Origin: Candidatus Dormiibacterota bacterium
Lineage (GTDB): Bacteria; Chloroflexota; Dormibacteria; Aeolococcales; Aeolococcaceae
Direction: 5' to 3'
Length of the DNA stretch: 64,000 bases
Assembly (NCBI GenBank): GCA_963709585.1
Contig: CAVPXI010000014.1
Location: 256,001 to 320,000, forward strand
The first letter of the stretch is position 1, and the number at the start of each line of letters is the position of its first letter. This document shows, piece by piece, positions 20,110 to 29,145 of the stretch. The position numbers and the translations under genes are program-made. Under the pieces are notes generated by a model, which saw only the letters and a list, made by a program, of their open reading frames with translations, did no database searches and was not told the DNA's origin.

Positions 20110-20185
20110 GCCCCCGTAGCTCAGCGGATAGAGCAGCGAGCTTCTAACTCGACGGCCGTGGGTTCAACTCCTACCGGGGGCGCCA
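20110..20185 (+). tRNA. tRNA-Arg (UCU)
   Basis: Acceptor stem GCCCCCG/CGGGGGC, anticodon loop CTTCTAA, GGTTCAACTCC T-arm, encoded CCA; TACACT at 20096-20101. Confidence 0.95.
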
Positions 20186-20198
20186 CTCCGTTGGACAC

Positions 20199-21836
20199 GT
20201 GGTGGGGAAGGCTTTCCGAATGACAGACTCCGCCGGCTCGGTGCGTGAACACGCGGCCACGCAGGCTCCGTGGACCGGACTTGCGGCCGGCGTCGCGCTG
20301 ATCGTAGCGTTCCGCATCCCCGCGTTTCTCGAGCCGCGGTGGTATTCCGACGAGAGCACCTACGCCTACGTCGGACGCACCGTCTTCGGTGGCGGCGTTC
20401 TCTACCGTTCACCGGGCGCGTGGGACAACAAACCGCCGGTGCAGTACTGGACCTACGGGATCGTGACCCACTTTCTCGGGTACACGGAAGCCGCGATCCA
20501 CCTGGTCCCGTTTGTGAGCGCGATCGCCTCGGTGATTGGTGTCGGCTGGGGCGTGGCCCGGCTCACCGGTTCGCGACGGCGCGCCGCCATCGCCTGCGTG
20601 CTGGCCGCGTTGCTCATCGGCCCACCCATCTTCGATTCCGAGCTCTTCCTGCCGGAGGGGGCGCTGATCGGCCCGATGACCTGGGCGGGCATGCTGATGC
20701 TCGTCTCCGTCGCCTCGCCATGGTGGGCGGCACGGCACCACTGGGCGCCGTACGCCGCCGGTGCGCTGGCCTCGATCGCGCTCGGGATGCAGCAGACGGT
20801 GATCGCCGACATCGTCATCATCGCGATCATCCTGCTCATCGCGCGGCCGGCGCGATGGACAGATCTGCTTCGCTTCTTCGGGGCGGGGCTCGTGGTCACA
20901 GCGCTCTGGCTGGTGCCGACGATCATCGCGTCGGGCGTGGGCGCGACCTGGTTTGCGATCGTCGCGTTCTACGGGATCTACGCCCACAACTCCCTTCCGC
21001 TCACCCTGCTCGCGCGGGTGCTCCACTTCGCGGGGATCGCCGCAGGGGTGGTCGCGATCGTCCTTGGCGCGGCGCTGGTCGCACGCCGAACCCGCAACTG
21101 CTTCTGGATGCTCTGGTTGCTCGCGGGAATCGATCTCCTCGTCGCGGGATCGGCCCACTTCCCCTATCCGCATCTGCTGCTGCCGTCGATCCCATGGATC
21201 TGCTCGGCGCTCGCGGCGACGCCCTGGGATCGGGCGTCCGTGCTCGTCACCGGCGCACGCGGACACCGGCTCTGGTTGGGTGCGGCGCTGCTCTCGGCCG
21301 GCGTGCTGGTCGCCGCCGCGGAGGGTTCCTATGCCGGCTCGTACTGGATCAATGGTCGCAGCCTGTCCACGTATTACGCCGATGGCTACGCCGGGCTGGT
21401 GAACAGTTCGGAACGAACCCGCTGGCAGAACGGCTTCTCCCACAACGTCGTCTTCGACGAGACGGTCGCCGCATGGCTGGACGCGCACCACTACGCCAAC
21501 GCCTCAGCCGTCGTCTGGAACACCTCGGACGAATGGGTCTACCTCTTGACCCCGCTCAACACCGTGCTGCCGACGGTCGGCCTCTTCAACGATGACGTGC
21601 TCCTGGGGAGCCGCGGGGCGATCGGTCCGTACATCGCCCGCCACCGGCCCACGATCATCGTGCTCAACCGGCCGAGCCTGGTGCTCCGGCCCGCCATCAT
21701 CCCGCTGCTCGCCCAGTACTACGTGGCGGCGTACAGCGCCGGCCTGGACACGGTGTACGTCGTGCGATCCCAGCCGCGGGCGGCGAGCTCGGCGACACGA
21801 CGGCGGCGCGGCGATGCCGGCCGCTCAGCCGCCTGA
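20199..21836 (+). CDS. Polytopic membrane glycosyltransferase, GT-C fold (ArnT/PMT-like)
   Basis: WYSDESTY acidic loop after TM1, WDNKPP, about 11-12 TM segments. Confidence 0.75.
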   Translation: MVGKAFRMTDSAGSVREHAATQAPWTGLAAGVALIVAFRIPAFLEPRWYSDESTYAYVGRTVFGGGVLYRSPGAWDNKPPVQYWTYGIVTHFLGYTEAAIHLVPFVSAIASVIGVGWGVARLTGSRRRAAIACVLAALLIGPPIFDSELFLPEGALIGPMTWAGMLMLVSVASPWWAARHHWAPYAAGALASIALGMQQTVIADIVIIAIILLIARPARWTDLLRFFGAGLVVTALWLVPTIIASGVGATWFAIVAFYGIYAHNSLPLTLLARVLHFAGIAAGVVAIVLGAALVARRTRNCFWMLWLLAGIDLLVAGSAHFPYPHLLLPSIPWICSALAATPWDRASVLVTGARGHRLWLGAALLSAGVLVAAAEGSYAGSYWINGRSLSTYYADGYAGLVNSSERTRWQNGFSHNVVFDETVAAWLDAHHYANASAVVWNTSDEWVYLLTPLNTVLPTVGLFNDDVLLGSRGAIGPYIARHRPTIIVLNRPSLVLRPAIIPLLAQYYVAAYSAGLDTVYVVRSQPRAASSATRRRRGDAGRSAA

Positions 21837-23339
21837 GCGCACGTAGAGCTGGATGCCGTCAGCATCCATCACCTGGCGGTAGTCGTGGCCGCCGATGAAC
21901 GCGCGGATATCACTCAGGTTCTCGATCCCTACTGGGGTCACAAGGATCAATTGCGGGGGCATTGCGTTCATCCTCGACAGGATTCCGGCGGTGCCATTCT
22001 CGAGTGCGAGGGTCACGTAGAGCGGACCGCTGCGTGTCGGTGGCAGGAGGTCGTCATCGACCAGGGGCCAGGCGAGATTCGTCCACAGCATGGCGGTCAC
22101 CCCGACGAGGTTGTGACTGCTGATCCATGCCTCGGCCTCGTGCTCGCCGTAATTGAGCGCGCCGAAATACGTGTCGTAGTCGAACTGCGATACCGAGCCC
22201 GTCACGTAGCCGGCCGCGTTGGCGTAATACCCGACACTCCACACGGTCGATCGGTATCCGGCCATGAAGAGCGACCACCCCGTCGACGCGATCGCCGCGA
22301 AGACGGCACCGGCGAGCAGCACGCGGGGACGGCGCAGACGTTGTGACAGACGATCGTGGTGACGCGATACCAGGCCGGTGACGAGCAGGACCAGCGGGAT
22401 CACCACCGGCAGCAGAAAATGCTCGTACGAATACCCCGCCGCGACCGCCGTGAACAGCAGCGCGGTTGCCCAGATGCGTACGAGCTCGAGGCGCCCGTCC
22501 GCCGCGGTGCGGTAGAACCATGCCGCCGCGACCATGCCGAGGACCACGCCGGCGCGCACGAGGTAGGCCGGCAGCCGGTCGCCGAGCGCGTCGTTGAGGT
22601 AGTCGACATACGACGACACCAGTGCGAACCAGACGTTGTGCGCGCCGGCGCTCATGACGAACGGGACGATCACGGCCGCCACCATGAGCGCGAAGGTTCC
22701 GCCGACGATCAGCATCGTCCGCCAGTTGCGGCGCACCAGGCACCAGAGCACGATCGACGCGCAGTCGGCGAGCGCGGTCTGCTGAATGAGGAAGCCGCAA
22801 CAGAGCAGCACGCCGATCGAGGCGAGCGTGATCGCACGCGGCCTTCGCGCTCCCGGACCGGCGGACGAGCAGAGGAACCACACCATCGCGACGGTCACGG
22901 GTCCGATCAGCAGGCTTTCGGGGAGCGCGAGGTTGCCGTCGAGCATCGGCGAGCCGATGATCACCGCGATCACCAGGCCACCCCACAACGCCGCTCGTCT
23001 CGACAGCAGGCGCGACATGCCCCACACGGCGGCGACCATCGCAGCCAGCCCGCTCAGCATGGTCAGGGCGTGAAGCCCCGCCTCGCTGGTCCCGAAGAGC
23101 TTCCCGCTGAGTGCGTAGATGCCGATCAGCAGCGGCGGTTTGTTGTTCCAGGCGTTGACGTAGAGCCCGTAGCCGAGATGGGTGAGCCAGGCGGTCGACG
23201 CGTAGCCCGCCTCGTCCTGATACCACTGCGGTTCGATGAGCGAAGGGATGCGCAGGAGCAGGTACAGCCCCACCGGCAGGATGATGTACAGGTTGCGTTT
23301 CAAGCGTGCGGACCTCGGTGAAGCGCCATCCCGTAGCAT
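21825..23339 (-). CDS. Polytopic membrane glycosyltransferase, GT-C fold; paralog of the neighbour
   Basis: WYQDEAGY, WNNKPP, LPESLLIGP and QQT match motifs in the convergent paralog. Start position uncertain. Confidence 0.75.
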   Translation of the reverse strand: MLRDGASPRSARLKRNLYIILPVGLYLLLRIPSLIEPQWYQDEAGYASTAWLTHLGYGLYVNAWNNKPPLLIGIYALSGKLFGTSEAGLHALTMLSGLAAMVAAVWGMSRLLSRRAALWGGLVIAVIIGSPMLDGNLALPESLLIGPVTVAMVWFLCSSAGPGARRPRAITLASIGVLLCCGFLIQQTALADCASIVLWCLVRRNWRTMLIVGGTFALMVAAVIVPFVMSAGAHNVWFALVSSYVDYLNDALGDRLPAYLVRAGVVLGMVAAAWFYRTAADGRLELVRIWATALLFTAVAAGYSYEHFLLPVVIPLVLLVTGLVSRHHDRLSQRLRRPRVLLAGAVFAAIASTGWSLFMAGYRSTVWSVGYYANAAGYVTGSVSQFDYDTYFGALNYGEHEAEAWISSHNLVGVTAMLWTNLAWPLVDDDLLPPTRSGPLYVTLALENGTAGILSRMNAMPPQLILVTPVGIENLSDIRAFIGGHDYRQVMDADGIQLYVRSGG

Positions 23340-23347
23340 CGCCCTGA

Positions 23348-24019
23348 GTGAGCGAAGCCCCGGTCTCGACCCGCCTCCACCTGGTTCGCCACTGTGACGT
23401 TCGCAATCCGAACGGCGTCCTCTACGGCCATCTTCCAGATTTTCCACTCAGCGAGAAGGGGGTCAAGCAGGCGCATGCGCTCGGCCGCTACTTCGCGCGC
23501 ACCAGCACGCGACAGATCTACTCGAGTCCGCTCGAACGCGCCCGGCAGACTGCCGAGATCATCGCGTCGTACCTCAACTCCGTGCCGATCACCTACACCG
23601 ACGACCTGATCGAAACCCGGTTCGGCCTCTACCTCCAGGGCGTCCCGCCCAGGCAGGTGCCGTGGCGCCGCCCGCTCTGGCTCATCCACATGGTGTGGCC
23701 GGGTCTCCTCGGCAACGACGAGACCATCGCCGAGCTGGCCGCGCGCATCCGCCTCCCGCTCTTGCGACTGATCGCCGACCATCCCGGTGAAGGCGGCATC
23801 TGCGTCAGCCACGGCGACCCGATCCAGGGGTTCTGGGTGGCCTCCGAGGGCCGGCCCCGCTACGCGCTCCACCGCCTGCAGTGTGCCAAAGGAGGGCTCC
23901 TCGAGCTCGATTACGAGGGCGAGGCGCTGCGCCACCTCGCCTACCTCTCCCCCGCACGGGTTGCCGAGCTCGCGCCGGGACGTGATCAGACCGAGGCCGG
24001 TTCTCGGTCGGGGACCTGA
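23348..24019 (+). CDS. Histidine phosphatase family protein (Rv0525-like)
   Basis: LVRHCDVRNPNGVLYGHLPDFPLS, SSPLERARQTA, VSHGDPI. Confidence 0.85.
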   Translation: MSEAPVSTRLHLVRHCDVRNPNGVLYGHLPDFPLSEKGVKQAHALGRYFARTSTRQIYSSPLERARQTAEIIASYLNSVPITYTDDLIETRFGLYLQGVPPRQVPWRRPLWLIHMVWPGLLGNDETIAELAARIRLPLLRLIADHPGEGGICVSHGDPIQGFWVASEGRPRYALHRLQCAKGGLLELDYEGEALRHLAYLSPARVAELAPGRDQTEAGSRSGT

Positions 24020-25407
24020 GGCTCACCACTCGCATCCGAAGACCAGCGCCGATCGAGGGTGATCGGCTGGCGCCGCTTGCGCTGGCGGCGCTCGAGGAAG
24101 GGACGCAGGTAGAGCTTGGTGAGCAGGCCGGTCATGATCAGGATGAACGACGTGTAGACGAGCAGGACACCCTGGTCGTCGTTGACCTGGAACAGCGAGT
24201 ACTGGGTCACCGACGGGAAGGAGATCGAGAAGTCGACGGTCTCGCCGTTGGCGGTGTCGATCGGCAGCGGCAGGGTCTGACCGAGGGTGATCGGGATCAC
24301 CTGCGCGTTGGTGAAATACGGCTTCATCCCGGACGTGTTGAGTTGATTCACGTTCTGCGAAGCGCCACTGTTCAGCCCGAGGTTGCCGACGTACAGCTGC
24401 ATCTCGAGCACCGGGTTGCGCGGCGCGACCCCACCCGGTCCGTACGTCGTGGCCGTCGGGTCGATGGATCCGTTGCTGCCGACCGATGCGATCGGCGTCG
24501 CGTCGGGGAAGAACGACATCTTGGCCCCCAACTGCACCGCCTGCGCGGCGCCCGGGATCGTGTAGTTGAAGTCCGGGACCTTGAGGACGCCGTCCCCCAA
24601 CGCCTTGTTGCCGATGTTGTTGGGATCGTCGAAGAACTGGATGGCCCCGTCGTACACGATCTGTCCGGCGGGATTCTTCACGACGATCGTCGGCGCCCAG
24701 CCGTAGTCCTGCTGGTACACGTTGACGTTGTTGACACTGAGGAAATCGTTGACCAGGATGTCCCTGGTCTCCACCTTCCTGCCGCGGTCGAAGACGCTCA
24801 CGTTGCTGACGTAGTTGCTCGCCTCGCCATTGGCGGCATACGTCGCCTCGAAGCTGTTGAGACGCAATGTGAAGGGCGCGTAGTTACCGTGGAAGAGCAG
24901 CCCCTGCTGAAGGGTGTCGTATCCGGCAGGCGTGTTGGTGAAGCTCTGACCCTGGGTGAGCGTCACCAGACCCTGGTACCCGGTGGCCTTGCCCCACACC
25001 ACCGCGATGAGCAACAGGAAGAACGAGCTGTGAAAGAGCCACGATCCCCACTCGCCCCAGTACTGCGGCGTGCGCTTGTATCCGTGCGCGGTGCGCATGA
25101 TCAGGGCCCGGCCACGGCGTATCACGCACCATCCGAGCGACACGTAGAGCAGGCCGAGCAGCACGTAGAAGACTGGTGAGACGAACACCTGGGTGAGCGG
25201 CAGCTGGAGGTCGGCGAAGAGCACGTTCAGGTTGGGCCACGCGGTCAGGAACGCCTCGACCTTGCCCGGATCCGACGTGTTCTGCTGGGGGACGAACGAG
25301 CCGATGAGGACGATTGCGAGGATCCCGAGCAGGAAAAAGATCGCGGTGCGCATCCGCGTGTACTCGTGCCAGTACCTCCCGGCGACCTCCCCGACCTTGC
25401 CTCTCAC
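23986..25407 (-). CDS. resB: Cytochrome c biogenesis protein ResB/CcsB
   Basis: MRTAIFFL...IGSFVPQ, VFVSPVF, GSWLFH (conserved His), large extracytoplasmic domain, C-terminal TM. Confidence 0.85.
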   Translation of the reverse strand: MRGKVGEVAGRYWHEYTRMRTAIFFLLGILAIVLIGSFVPQQNTSDPGKVEAFLTAWPNLNVLFADLQLPLTQVFVSPVFYVLLGLLYVSLGWCVIRRGRALIMRTAHGYKRTPQYWGEWGSWLFHSSFFLLLIAVVWGKATGYQGLVTLTQGQSFTNTPAGYDTLQQGLLFHGNYAPFTLRLNSFEATYAANGEASNYVSNVSVFDRGRKVETRDILVNDFLSVNNVNVYQQDYGWAPTIVVKNPAGQIVYDGAIQFFDDPNNIGNKALGDGVLKVPDFNYTIPGAAQAVQLGAKMSFFPDATPIASVGSNGSIDPTATTYGPGGVAPRNPVLEMQLYVGNLGLNSGASQNVNQLNTSGMKPYFTNAQVIPITLGQTLPLPIDTANGETVDFSISFPSVTQYSLFQVNDDQGVLLVYTSFILIMTGLLTKLYLRPFLERRQRKRRQPITLDRRWSSDASGEPQVPDREPASV

Positions 25408-26060
25408 CGCAAAGCGCCTGAGCGCAGTAAGCCTTTCGGGTCGAATGCGCCGGCGAGCGCCGGCTCCCAGGTTCGCGTCCCCGGCGGTCTGGATGTCGCC
25501 GTGCGCCCTGCTGCAGGCTCGAGCCGGAACGTGACCGCCGCGATGATCGCCAGACGACCGGCGCTTCCCAGCAGGACCGCGAGCAGGTCGTAGCCGACCA
25601 CGTCCTTGAGCGCGGCGCCGCCCGCCTTGACGGCTTCGCCCGTGGAGAGGACCGCCTCCACGCCCGCCAGGGAGCGCCGAGGCACCTCGCCGCGAGCCAC
25701 CAGCGTGCCCACATGTTCCGAACCGGTGTCCTCGTCCAGGCCGACGATCACGAGCTTGGCCTCGGCCACCGACGACCGCACCCGAGCGACCGTCGCGCCC
25801 GCCCCGGCGCGGACGGTGAGACCCGCCGCGGCCACATGGATGTCGGCCAGCCGGTGCACGCTGAGGATGATCCCACCGTGCTCAGGAGCGCCTGCCGGCG
25901 CGCCAGCGGTCCCGCTGGTCACGATCATCGGGACAGCGTGCTGATTGCAGAGGTTCGCGACCAGCGCTAGCGCGTGCACGTCACCCGGGCTGACCACGTC
26001 GCCGGCGACGCCGTCGGGTGCAACGATCTCGACCATCTGCGCGCGCAGCTCGTCGTTCAC
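25404..26060 (-). CDS. FAD-binding (PCMH-type, GlcE/GlcD-like) protein lacking most of the cap domain
   Basis: TVRAGAG, GGAALKDVVGYDL, GSAGRLAIIAAVTFRL, AFDPKGLL. Confidence 0.8.
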   Translation of the reverse strand: MNDELRAQMVEIVAPDGVAGDVVSPGDVHALALVANLCNQHAVPMIVTSGTAGAPAGAPEHGGIILSVHRLADIHVAAAGLTVRAGAGATVARVRSSVAEAKLVIVGLDEDTGSEHVGTLVARGEVPRRSLAGVEAVLSTGEAVKAGGAALKDVVGYDLLAVLLGSAGRLAIIAAVTFRLEPAAGRTATSRPPGTRTWEPALAGAFDPKGLLRSGALR

Positions 26061-27595
26061 ACGATCAACCCTCTGAGCGACGCCGACGCCGCGGTGTAGA
26101 CGAGCACGATCATGACTCCGAGGATGAGCGTGCCCGCAGTCGTCGCGACCAGGACCGCACTGCCGGCGAACCCGGTGCGCGACCAGCGGTACTCCTCGGC
26201 TCCCACGGCGGGGCGCTGGTACATGAGCAATCCAACTCGGAGGTAGTAGAACGCCGACACCGCGCTGGTTGCGATCCCCCAGAGCGCGAGCGGGACCTGA
26301 CCCGCATTGACGGCGGCCGTGAAGACGAGGAACTTCCCGAAGAAGCCGGCGGTGGGCGGAAACCCGCCGAGCGAGAACAGGAAGAGCGCCATGCTGGCGG
26401 CCACGAAAGGACGGCGATGGGCGAGACCGCGCAGGCCGTCGTAGCTGTCGAGATCCTCACCGCGTCCCGCCATGATGGTGATGACCGCGAACGCGCCGAG
26501 GTTGCCGGCAGCATAGGCTGCGAGGTAGTACAGCACCGCGATCGTCCCGAACGAGCTCGCCTGCCCCGACGGCAGCAGCACGGGGCCGACGGCCACGCCG
26601 ATGAGGATGTACCCGGCCTGGGCGATGCTCGAGTACGCGAGCATGCGCTTGACGCTCGTCTGCGTGAGCGCGGCGATGTTGCCGACCACCATCGACGTGA
26701 TCGCCACCAGCGCGACCACCGGCTCCCAGTGCTGGTAGAAGTGGGTTCCCCCACCGTCGAACGTGTACGTGAAGACGCGCACAAGCGCCGCGAACGCGGC
26801 CACCTTGGTGGTCACGCTCATGAATGTCGTCACCGACGTCGGCGCGCCCTGGTACACGTCGGGCGTCCAGGAGTGAAATGGCGCCGCCGAAACCTTGAAT
26901 GCGAATCCGATGAACAGCAGCAGCACGCCGGCGAGCAGAAGTGGATCGACGGCGATGGTGGTCTGGCTCTGAATCGCCGCGGCGATCTGTGCCAGCTGGG
27001 TGTGCCCGGTCTCGCCGTAGATGAGCGCCATGCCGAAGAGCAGGAATCCGGAGGCGAAGCCGCCGAGCAGCAGGTACTTCAGCGCCGCTTCCTGGGAGCG
27101 TTCCTCGTGGCGCGAGAAGCCACTCAGCACGTAGAGGGCCAGTGAGAGCAGCTCGATGGCCAGGAAGATGACCATCAGGCTCGTCGCCCCGGCGAGCAGC
27201 ATCATCCCGAGGGTGGCGGCGAGGATGAGCGCGTAGTACTCGCCGTAATGCAGACCCCGCCGGTTGAGATAGCTCGGACTGATCATGACCACGAGCCCGG
27301 CGCTCACCAGCAGGATCGCGTCGACGAACAGCGCGAAACGGTCGTAGGCGAAGGAGCCCGAGTAGACCAGGCGGCCGGGATTCGCGTCGAACCACGCCCA
27401 GACCGTGACCCCGAACGTGGCCGCGATACCAACAAGGGCGATGCCCGCGAGCCACGTCCGCCGGGACGGTGGGATGACCAGATCCAGGAGCATGAGCAGC
27501 AGGAACGCGCCACCGAGGACAAGCTCCGGAAGGATCCCGACGAGGTCACGTCCGCCCGGAAACGTCAGCGGGACCGGCGAGGCCGCGATCAGCAT
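26057..27595 (-). CDS. nuoN: NADH-quinone oxidoreductase subunit N
   Basis: EAALKYLLLG, FKVSAAPFHSWTPDVYQGAP, KRMLAYSSIAQAGY. Confidence 0.96.
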   Translation of the reverse strand: MLIAASPVPLTFPGGRDLVGILPELVLGGAFLLLMLLDLVIPPSRRTWLAGIALVGIAATFGVTVWAWFDANPGRLVYSGSFAYDRFALFVDAILLVSAGLVVMISPSYLNRRGLHYGEYYALILAATLGMMLLAGATSLMVIFLAIELLSLALYVLSGFSRHEERSQEAALKYLLLGGFASGFLLFGMALIYGETGHTQLAQIAAAIQSQTTIAVDPLLLAGVLLLFIGFAFKVSAAPFHSWTPDVYQGAPTSVTTFMSVTTKVAAFAALVRVFTYTFDGGGTHFYQHWEPVVALVAITSMVVGNIAALTQTSVKRMLAYSSIAQAGYILIGVAVGPVLLPSGQASSFGTIAVLYYLAAYAAGNLGAFAVITIMAGRGEDLDSYDGLRGLAHRRPFVAASMALFLFSLGGFPPTAGFFGKFLVFTAAVNAGQVPLALWGIATSAVSAFYYLRVGLLMYQRPAVGAEEYRWSRTGFAGSAVLVATTAGTLILGVMIVLVYTAASASLRGLIV

Positions 27596-29145
27596 CACTG
27601 CGTCGCCGGGTTCGACGCTGCGGGCTGGATCAGGTTCACCACGGTGCTCACCGACCCGGTGGAGACGTCGGTGATGGGCTTGGGGTACAGCCCGATGAAG
27701 ATCATCAATGCGACCAGCGGCACCAGCAGGAGTCCCTCGCCGATGCGCAGGTCGTGCACTCCCTCGGTCCGCGGCTTGGGTGGGTCGTGCATCAAGCCCT
27801 GGTGGAGTCGGAGCATGTACCAGGCGGCGATGATCACCCCGCCACCGGCGAGGACCGCATACACCCAGTTGAGCTGGAACGCTCCCAGCATGATGGTGAA
27901 TTCGCCGACAAAGCTGTTCATGCCGGGCATGCCGAGGCCGGCCAGTGTCGCCACCAGGAAGAAGAAGTAGAGCCACGGCATCCGACGCTCGAGGCCGGAC
28001 AGCTCGCCGATGTCGCGCGTCCCGGTGCGCGCCTCGACGAAGCCGACGATCAGGAAGAGCGCGCTGATGATGATGCCGTGGTTGATCATCTGGATCACGG
28101 CGCCGTTGATCCCGTTGTCGGTCAGGGAGAAGATGCCGAGCGCGATGAAGCCGAGATGGCTGATGCTCGCGTAGGCGACGATGCGCTTGATATCACGTTC
28201 CGACAGCGCCATCAGCGCCCCGTAGATGATGCTGAGCACGGCCAAGCCGGCCAGCACGAATCGGTACTTCTCCATCTCTCCCGGGAAGAGCGTCAGCGCG
28301 AACCGGATGAGACCGTAGGCGCCGAGCTTGCTGACGATGCCCGCGAAGAACACCAGCACCGCAGGCGGGCAGGCCTCGTAGAGGTCTGGCAGCCACGTGT
28401 GCAGGGGGACGATCGGGATCTTGATCGCGAACGCGAGCGCGAAACAGATGAACGCCAGTTGCTTCGGGGTGAACGTCGTGACGTGGATGAGCGGTATGAC
28501 GTAGGCGGCGCCCGATGTGATCGGTTGCGCGAGGATGCTCTCGAGATCGAAGGAGCCCGACGGTGACTGGATGTACAGGTAGATGATCGCCACCAGCATC
28601 AGCAGGCTTCCGGCCACGGTGTACACGATGAATTTGAGAGTCGCCGGCCCTCGCTTGTCCCCGCCCCAGTTGCTGAGCAGGACGTAGAGGGGGACGAGCA
28701 TGCCTTCCCAGAACATGTAGAAGAGCAGCAGGTCGATGGACAGGAGCACGCCGGTGGTGGCGGCCTCGGTCAGCAGCACCAGCGTGCAGTAGAAGCGCAA
28801 CCGGTCGGTGGTCTTGCGCGAGATCGCGAGCGCCCCGAGCAGGAACACGCCGGCGTTGAGCGCGATCAGCCACGCGGAGACACCGTCGATCCCGACGTGG
28901 TACGTCGCATTGATCGCCGGCAGCCACGCGTGGGTCTCCTGGAAGTGCAGCGGCAGGGGGCCGCCGGTCGCCTTGTTCCCCGGCATCCAGAGCAGGAGCA
29001 ACGTGACGATGACCGCGACCGACAGCGTCGCGAAGATGGTCAGGCCCTTCACCGCCGCGGTCAGGCGGCGCGGGACGAGCTGCAGCAGGATGGCCGACCC
29101 GGCGGGGATGACGATCAGCAGGGTGAGCCAGGGAATGTGGTTCAT
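27595..29145 (-). CDS. nuoM: NADH-quinone oxidoreductase subunit M
   Basis: FYMFWE, IKIPIVPLHTWLP, KRIVAYASISHLG, SFVGEF. Confidence 0.96.
   Translation of the reverse strand: MNHIPWLTLLIVIPAGSAILLQLVPRRLTAAVKGLTIFATLSVAVIVTLLLLWMPGNKATGGPLPLHFQETHAWLPAINATYHVGIDGVSAWLIALNAGVFLLGALAISRKTTDRLRFYCTLVLLTEAATTGVLLSIDLLLFYMFWEGMLVPLYVLLSNWGGDKRGPATLKFIVYTVAGSLLMLVAIIYLYIQSPSGSFDLESILAQPITSGAAYVIPLIHVTTFTPKQLAFICFALAFAIKIPIVPLHTWLPDLYEACPPAVLVFFAGIVSKLGAYGLIRFALTLFPGEMEKYRFVLAGLAVLSIIYGALMALSERDIKRIVAYASISHLGFIALGIFSLTDNGINGAVIQMINHGIIISALFLIVGFVEARTGTRDIGELSGLERRMPWLYFFFLVATLAGLGMPGMNSFVGEFTIMLGAFQLNWVYAVLAGGGVIIAAWYMLRLHQGLMHDPPKPRTEGVHDLRIGEGLLLVPLVALMIFIGLYPKPITDVSTGSVSTVVNLIQPAASNPATQ

Noticed and set aside
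19947-20185. tRNAs as integration sites of a genomic island
   Set aside because: No integrase, no duplicated tRNA 3' end noticed and no obvious compositional shift.
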